Shown here: in pieces, positions 36,356 to 40,000 of the stretch
Numbering within the stretch: position 1 is the first letter of the stretch
Layout: each line of letters opens with the position of its first letter
DNA from: Bisgaard Taxon 45
GTDB lineage: Bacteria; Pseudomonadota; Gammaproteobacteria; Enterobacterales; Pasteurellaceae
Assembly: GCA_049888895.1 (NCBI GenBank)
Contig: JBLUWJ010000002.1
Span: 104,925 to 144,924, forward strand
DNA: 40,000 bases
Direction: 5' to 3'
Made by a program: the position numbers and the translations under genes
The notes under the pieces: model-generated
The model's database searches: none
What the model was told of the DNA's origin: nothing
Seen by the model: only the letters and a program-made list of their open reading frames with translations

Positions 36356-37324
36356 CTATAAGCCTACCAAATAAAATATGAACGCTAATACCGAGATGCC
36401 AAATCCCATGACCGTGACATTGCCTGTTAGCATGAAACGTAAACGAGCAAGACTATTTTCAAAGAGACAGGCGATGATATAAAGTGCGGTAAGTTTTACG
36501 AAAAAAATGAATGTTCCAATGAATACCGCACTCAAGCTCAACTCAGTGGCTGCGCCATAAGGGATAACCACACTAATAAAAATAGCGGCAATAATCATTT
36601 GTTTTAGACTTAGACCAATTTTTATCATTGCAAAAGCGGGACCTGAATATTCGGTCAGAGGACCTTCTTGTAGTTCTTGTTCCGCTTCAGCTAAGTCAAA
36701 TGGAATTTTACCCATTTCAACAAATACCGCAAAAGCAAGGGCACCTGCTGCAATCATCACTGAAATAGGTGCGGTTATTTGATATGTGGCAATCGTATTA
36801 CTTATTACGCCTAAATGTGTTGAGCCAGCGCAAAGCGCAATAACAAGTAAGCTCAACATCAAGGTTGGTTCAACTAATACGCCTAACGTCACTTCACGAC
36901 TTGCGCCAATGCCTGCAAAACTACTATTAGAATCAAGACCAGCGATAGAGAAAAAGAAACGAAACAGCGCAAATAAGTAAATGATTGTGATTAAATCGGC
37001 AACACTGCTAATCGGCGAATAACGAGTAAATAAAGGTAATCCCATTGCAATGACTAATATGCTACCGACAAGAACATACGGCATGATTTTAGAAACCGCT
37101 CCAGCTGCTTCAGGTGCGATATTTTGGCGTTTCATTAATTTAATAATATCACGATAATCTTGTAATAAACCTGGGCCACGACGTGATTGGATTCTTGCCC
37201 TAATCATGCGCGATAAGCCAGAATACAAAGGGGCAAGGAGTAATAATAATACGCCTTGAAAGAGACCGAACAACCACATGGTCATGGATGTCATTATTTC
37301 ATTTGGAATAGTCATCATCTCCAT
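36356..37324 (-). CDS. hyfC: Hydrogenase-4 membrane subunit HyfC (HycD/NuoH-like)
   Basis: ARIQSRRGPGLLQDYRDIIKLMKRQ parallels E. coli HyfC ARMHSRRGPGIWQDYRDIHKLFKRQ. The true start may be the third or fourth Met (37318 or 37315), given the SD spacing. Confidence 0.85.
   Translation of the reverse strand: MEMMTIPNEIMTSMTMWLFGLFQGVLLLLLAPLYSGLSRMIRARIQSRRGPGLLQDYRDIIKLMKRQNIAPEAAGAVSKIMPYVLVGSILVIAMGLPLFTRYSPISSVADLITIIYLFALFRFFFSIAGLDSNSSFAGIGASREVTLGVLVEPTLMLSLLVIALCAGSTHLGVISNTIATYQITAPISVMIAAGALAFAVFVEMGKIPFDLAEAEQELQEGPLTEYSGPAFAMIKIGLSLKQMIIAAIFISVVIPYGAATELSLSAVFIGTFIFFVKLTALYIIACLFENSLARLRFMLTGNVTVMGFGISVLAFIFYLVGL
36482..36490 (+). repeat. Uptake signal sequence core AAGTGCGGT
   Basis: Exact 9-mer (inside hyfC, antisense). 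Confidence 0.9.
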
Positions 37325-37331
37325 TTCCTCC

Positions 37332-39356
37332 CTACTTGAGTATTGTGAGGCTAAATAACAACACCACTAATGTAATAACGAAATACAAGCAATAAACACG
37401 AAAATCACCTTGTTGCAACCAACGTATTTTTTCAGCCAAATAAGGGATTTTGTTGGCTGTTGGCATTGTGATGTTTTCTTCCCAAATGGGTTCCACTTTG
37501 CTGGAAAGGGAAATGCTTTGCGCTATTACTCTTTGACTTAGTTCACTTACAGATAGACGTTGGCGTAAGAGGTAAAGTGGCTTAAACATAACACGGAGTG
37601 GACGAGTAAAATTACTAGAAGAAAGGCTCATTTTTCTTTCATACTCATAACCACAAGCCCAAGGCGTACCTTTATTTTGGTCAGGTAAGCGACTTGGTTT
37701 GGTACACGCATAATAAATAAAAGGTAACGTAATACAGGCTAACAGCATGATAGCAAGCATTGGCGTAGAGAGTAGGGTTGTGGCATTTTCACCTGACAAC
37801 ACCATACCCTTTTCAGCAATAACGAAACTTTGTGTTTGAGCAAGAGAGGCCGAAACATTCAGAATAATAGGCGCAATAAGGGATGCACCGATACCAAGCA
37901 AAATACATAAACCCGCTAAAATGCCCATCGCAAACCACATTGTTTTGGGGACTTCGGTGGCTTGAGCGGCTTTCTCACTGCGAGGTGCGCCAGAGAAACT
38001 AATACCATAAACTTTAACAAAGCAGAGGGCGGCCAAAGCACCTGTTAAGGCAAGCATAACAATAGCAATAGGACCTAATATATGAAGAATGGTATGCTCG
38101 CTATGGCTTAAGCTAAATAAAGATTGATAAGTGAACCATTCACTTACAAAGCCATTAAATGGCGGTAATGCAGAAATTGCCATCGTCCCAATTAAAAAAC
38201 AGAGCGCGGTATAAGGCATTAATTTACCCAAGCCCCCCATCAGATCCATGTCTTTAGTATGTAGACGATACATGATTGAACCCGCACCAAGGAAGAGCAA
38301 GCCTTTAAATACCGCGTGGTTGAGTAAGTGGTATAATCCCCCTAAAAAGCCAATGGCTGCCAAGGTCGGTTGATTAATTGCCATTCCAATCATACCAACC
38401 CCAACCCCCATCATGATAATCCCTACATTTTCTACTGTATGATATGCAAGTAGGCGTTTTATATCATGCTCAGCAATCGCATAAAGTACACCAAGCACCG
38501 ATGAAATTGCACCAACCGAAAGCACAATCACACCAAACCAAAGATTGGTTGAGTGAAGGATATCTACCCCCACTTTAATAATGCCAAAAATCCCAATTTT
38601 TACCATGACACCTGACATCAGTGCCGATGCATGAGAGGGGGCTGCCGGGTGAGCTTGTGGTAACCAACCATGTAGTGGCACCATACCAGCTTTGGCACCA
38701 AATCCTAAAAAGGCAAGGACAAAGACAGTAAACGCCGTGATTGGAGAGAAATTCGCTTGGCGGAATGTATCAAAATCTAAACTACCTGTTTCTCGATAAC
38801 ATAAGAAAAAGGCAATCATAATGAATACGGAACCTGCATGGGCAATAAAGAAATACAGTAAGCCTGCATTAATGGCTTTTTTGTCTTGTTCTGTGAGGAC
38901 AAGAAAATAGGATGCCAGAGACATCAGCTCGAAAAACACTAAAAACCAAAAGGCGTTGTCAACGGTCACTACGGCAATCATTGAGGCGATGAAAAGGTTC
39001 ATGAAGAACCCCATACTACCCGCTCCCTTACCTATATATTCTTTTACATAGTCAAGGGAATAAATAGCGCTGACAATTACTAAAAGTGAAATGACAAAAA
39101 CCATAAAGGCACTTAAGCCATCAAGATAGATCACATAATTTGCAAAGGCATAAGGTGTGGAAACTGTATGACTTTCAACTCCGCCATTAAATAAAACAGC
39201 TAAACTTGATGCAACGCCTAGACCACCGCCAATGATGCTTGAAATGCCCGCAATATAAATCGACGGTTTTTCTTGTTTACGCCATATCAGAGACGTAAAA
39301 GCCCCTATCGTATAAATAGCTAAAGAAAGGAGGAGTAATATAATTGAGTCACTCAT
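37332..39356 (-). CDS. hyfB: Hydrogenase-4 antiporter-like membrane subunit HyfB (HycC/NuoL-like)
   Basis: 674 aa (E. coli HyfB is 672 aa). WLPQAHPAAPSHASALMSGVMVK motif. Confidence 0.85.
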   Translation of the reverse strand: MSDSIILLLLSLAIYTIGAFTSLIWRKQEKPSIYIAGISSIIGGGLGVASSLAVLFNGGVESHTVSTPYAFANYVIYLDGLSAFMVFVISLLVIVSAIYSLDYVKEYIGKGAGSMGFFMNLFIASMIAVVTVDNAFWFLVFFELMSLASYFLVLTEQDKKAINAGLLYFFIAHAGSVFIMIAFFLCYRETGSLDFDTFRQANFSPITAFTVFVLAFLGFGAKAGMVPLHGWLPQAHPAAPSHASALMSGVMVKIGIFGIIKVGVDILHSTNLWFGVIVLSVGAISSVLGVLYAIAEHDIKRLLAYHTVENVGIIMMGVGVGMIGMAINQPTLAAIGFLGGLYHLLNHAVFKGLLFLGAGSIMYRLHTKDMDLMGGLGKLMPYTALCFLIGTMAISALPPFNGFVSEWFTYQSLFSLSHSEHTILHILGPIAIVMLALTGALAALCFVKVYGISFSGAPRSEKAAQATEVPKTMWFAMGILAGLCILLGIGASLIAPIILNVSASLAQTQSFVIAEKGMVLSGENATTLLSTPMLAIMLLACITLPFIYYACTKPSRLPDQNKGTPWACGYEYERKMSLSSSNFTRPLRVMFKPLYLLRQRLSVSELSQRVIAQSISLSSKVEPIWEENITMPTANKIPYLAEKIRWLQQGDFRVYCLYFVITLVVLLFSLTILK

Positions 39357-39397
39357 AATTCACTCCGTTTAACAAAATGAAAACGATAGACTGTCAG

Positions 39398-40000
39398 TTA
39401 CCGTATATGAAGATGTTGTGCCGCTTCAAGTTCGTGCTCACGCTTTTTATAACTGACATTTTCAATGCCTTGACTGTCAATTAAAAATAACGTTTTTGTT
39501 GGACAGGCTTGAACGCATGCTGGACCTTCTTTACGGAAATAGCATAGATCACATTTTACCGCGACTGCTTTGACCCCCGGTTGCCATGCTAAGGTTTCAC
39601 GCAATTGACTATTATCAGGTGAAACACGGATATCACGACTGACGGCATCTTTAAAATTAAAATGCTCGTAATAGGTTGGGGCATTAATGGCAGTACTACC
39701 CGATGGCGTGATAGCACCAAATGGACAGGCTATTGCACAGAGTTTACAGCCAATACAAAGGCTTTCATTAAGTTGAATCGTGCGATCGACTAACTTAATG
39801 GCATTAACTGGACAGACAGTGGCACAAGGTGCATCATCACAATGATGGCATACTAAAGGCGCAGTAATATCTTCATTACGCATCAGTGTGAGTCTTGGAT
39901 GAGATTGTAAACCAAATGCTTTATGGACTTCACTACAAGCTGCAAGACACGTATTGCAACCGATACAACCACTGGGATCGGCAATGACGAAACGGTTCAT
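39398..40000 (-). CDS. hyfA: Hydrogenase-4 4x[4Fe-4S] ferredoxin-type subunit HyfA (HycB-like)
   Basis: MNRFVIADPSGCIGCNTCLAAC.., CHHCDDAPCATVCP, CIGCKLCAIACP, CDLC..C.QACP. The ATG occupies the last three bases of the window, so the promoter is not visible. Confidence 0.88.
   Translation of the reverse strand: MNRFVIADPSGCIGCNTCLAACSEVHKAFGLQSHPRLTLMRNEDITAPLVCHHCDDAPCATVCPVNAIKLVDRTIQLNESLCIGCKLCAIACPFGAITPSGSTAINAPTYYEHFNFKDAVSRDIRVSPDNSQLRETLAWQPGVKAVAVKCDLCYFRKEGPACVQACPTKTLFLIDSQGIENVSYKKREHELEAAQHLHIR

Overview
This is a chromosomal window from a Pasteurellaceae genome of the Haemophilus/Aggregatibacter/Pasteurella uptake-signal group. It carries 11 exact copies of the 9-mer AAGTGCGGT and its proteins are close to enterobacterial orthologues. 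About half is housekeeping backbone: topB 3' end, secG, tRNA-Leu(GAG), smpB, ubiD, arcA, dsbD, purH, purD, glyA and yajC-secD-secF. The rest is a run of metal and redox modules. (1) At 967-4258 sits a four-gene RiPP-type operon on the minus strand: a DoxX membrane protein, a 96-aa secreted precursor with six EGKCG motifs, a DUF692/MNIO enzyme and a DUF2063 partner. It lies convergent with an ECF sigma factor and a small zinc-finger anti-sigma factor. This is the most interesting system in the window. It matches the HvfABC / bufferin class of copper-binding peptides, which has been described only recently and only in a few organisms. (2) A QseBC-type two-component system follows a 476-bp gene-poor spacer that carries an orphan terminator. 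(3) A single-domain molbindin gene (mop). (4) The Zn-independent L31/L36 ribosomal paralogue pair. (5) An EptA/MCR-family phosphoethanolamine transferase inserted between purH and purD. (6) hypA, the nikKLMQO nickel importer and a MerR-type regulator (NimR-like). (7) A ~14-kb minus-strand block: hyfABCDEFGHIJ-hycI-fdhF-hypC. This is a hydrogenase-4 type formate hydrogenlyase with a selenocysteine (in-frame TGA plus SECIS) formate dehydrogenase H. I saw no transposase, integrase, phage gene, CRISPR array or rRNA.
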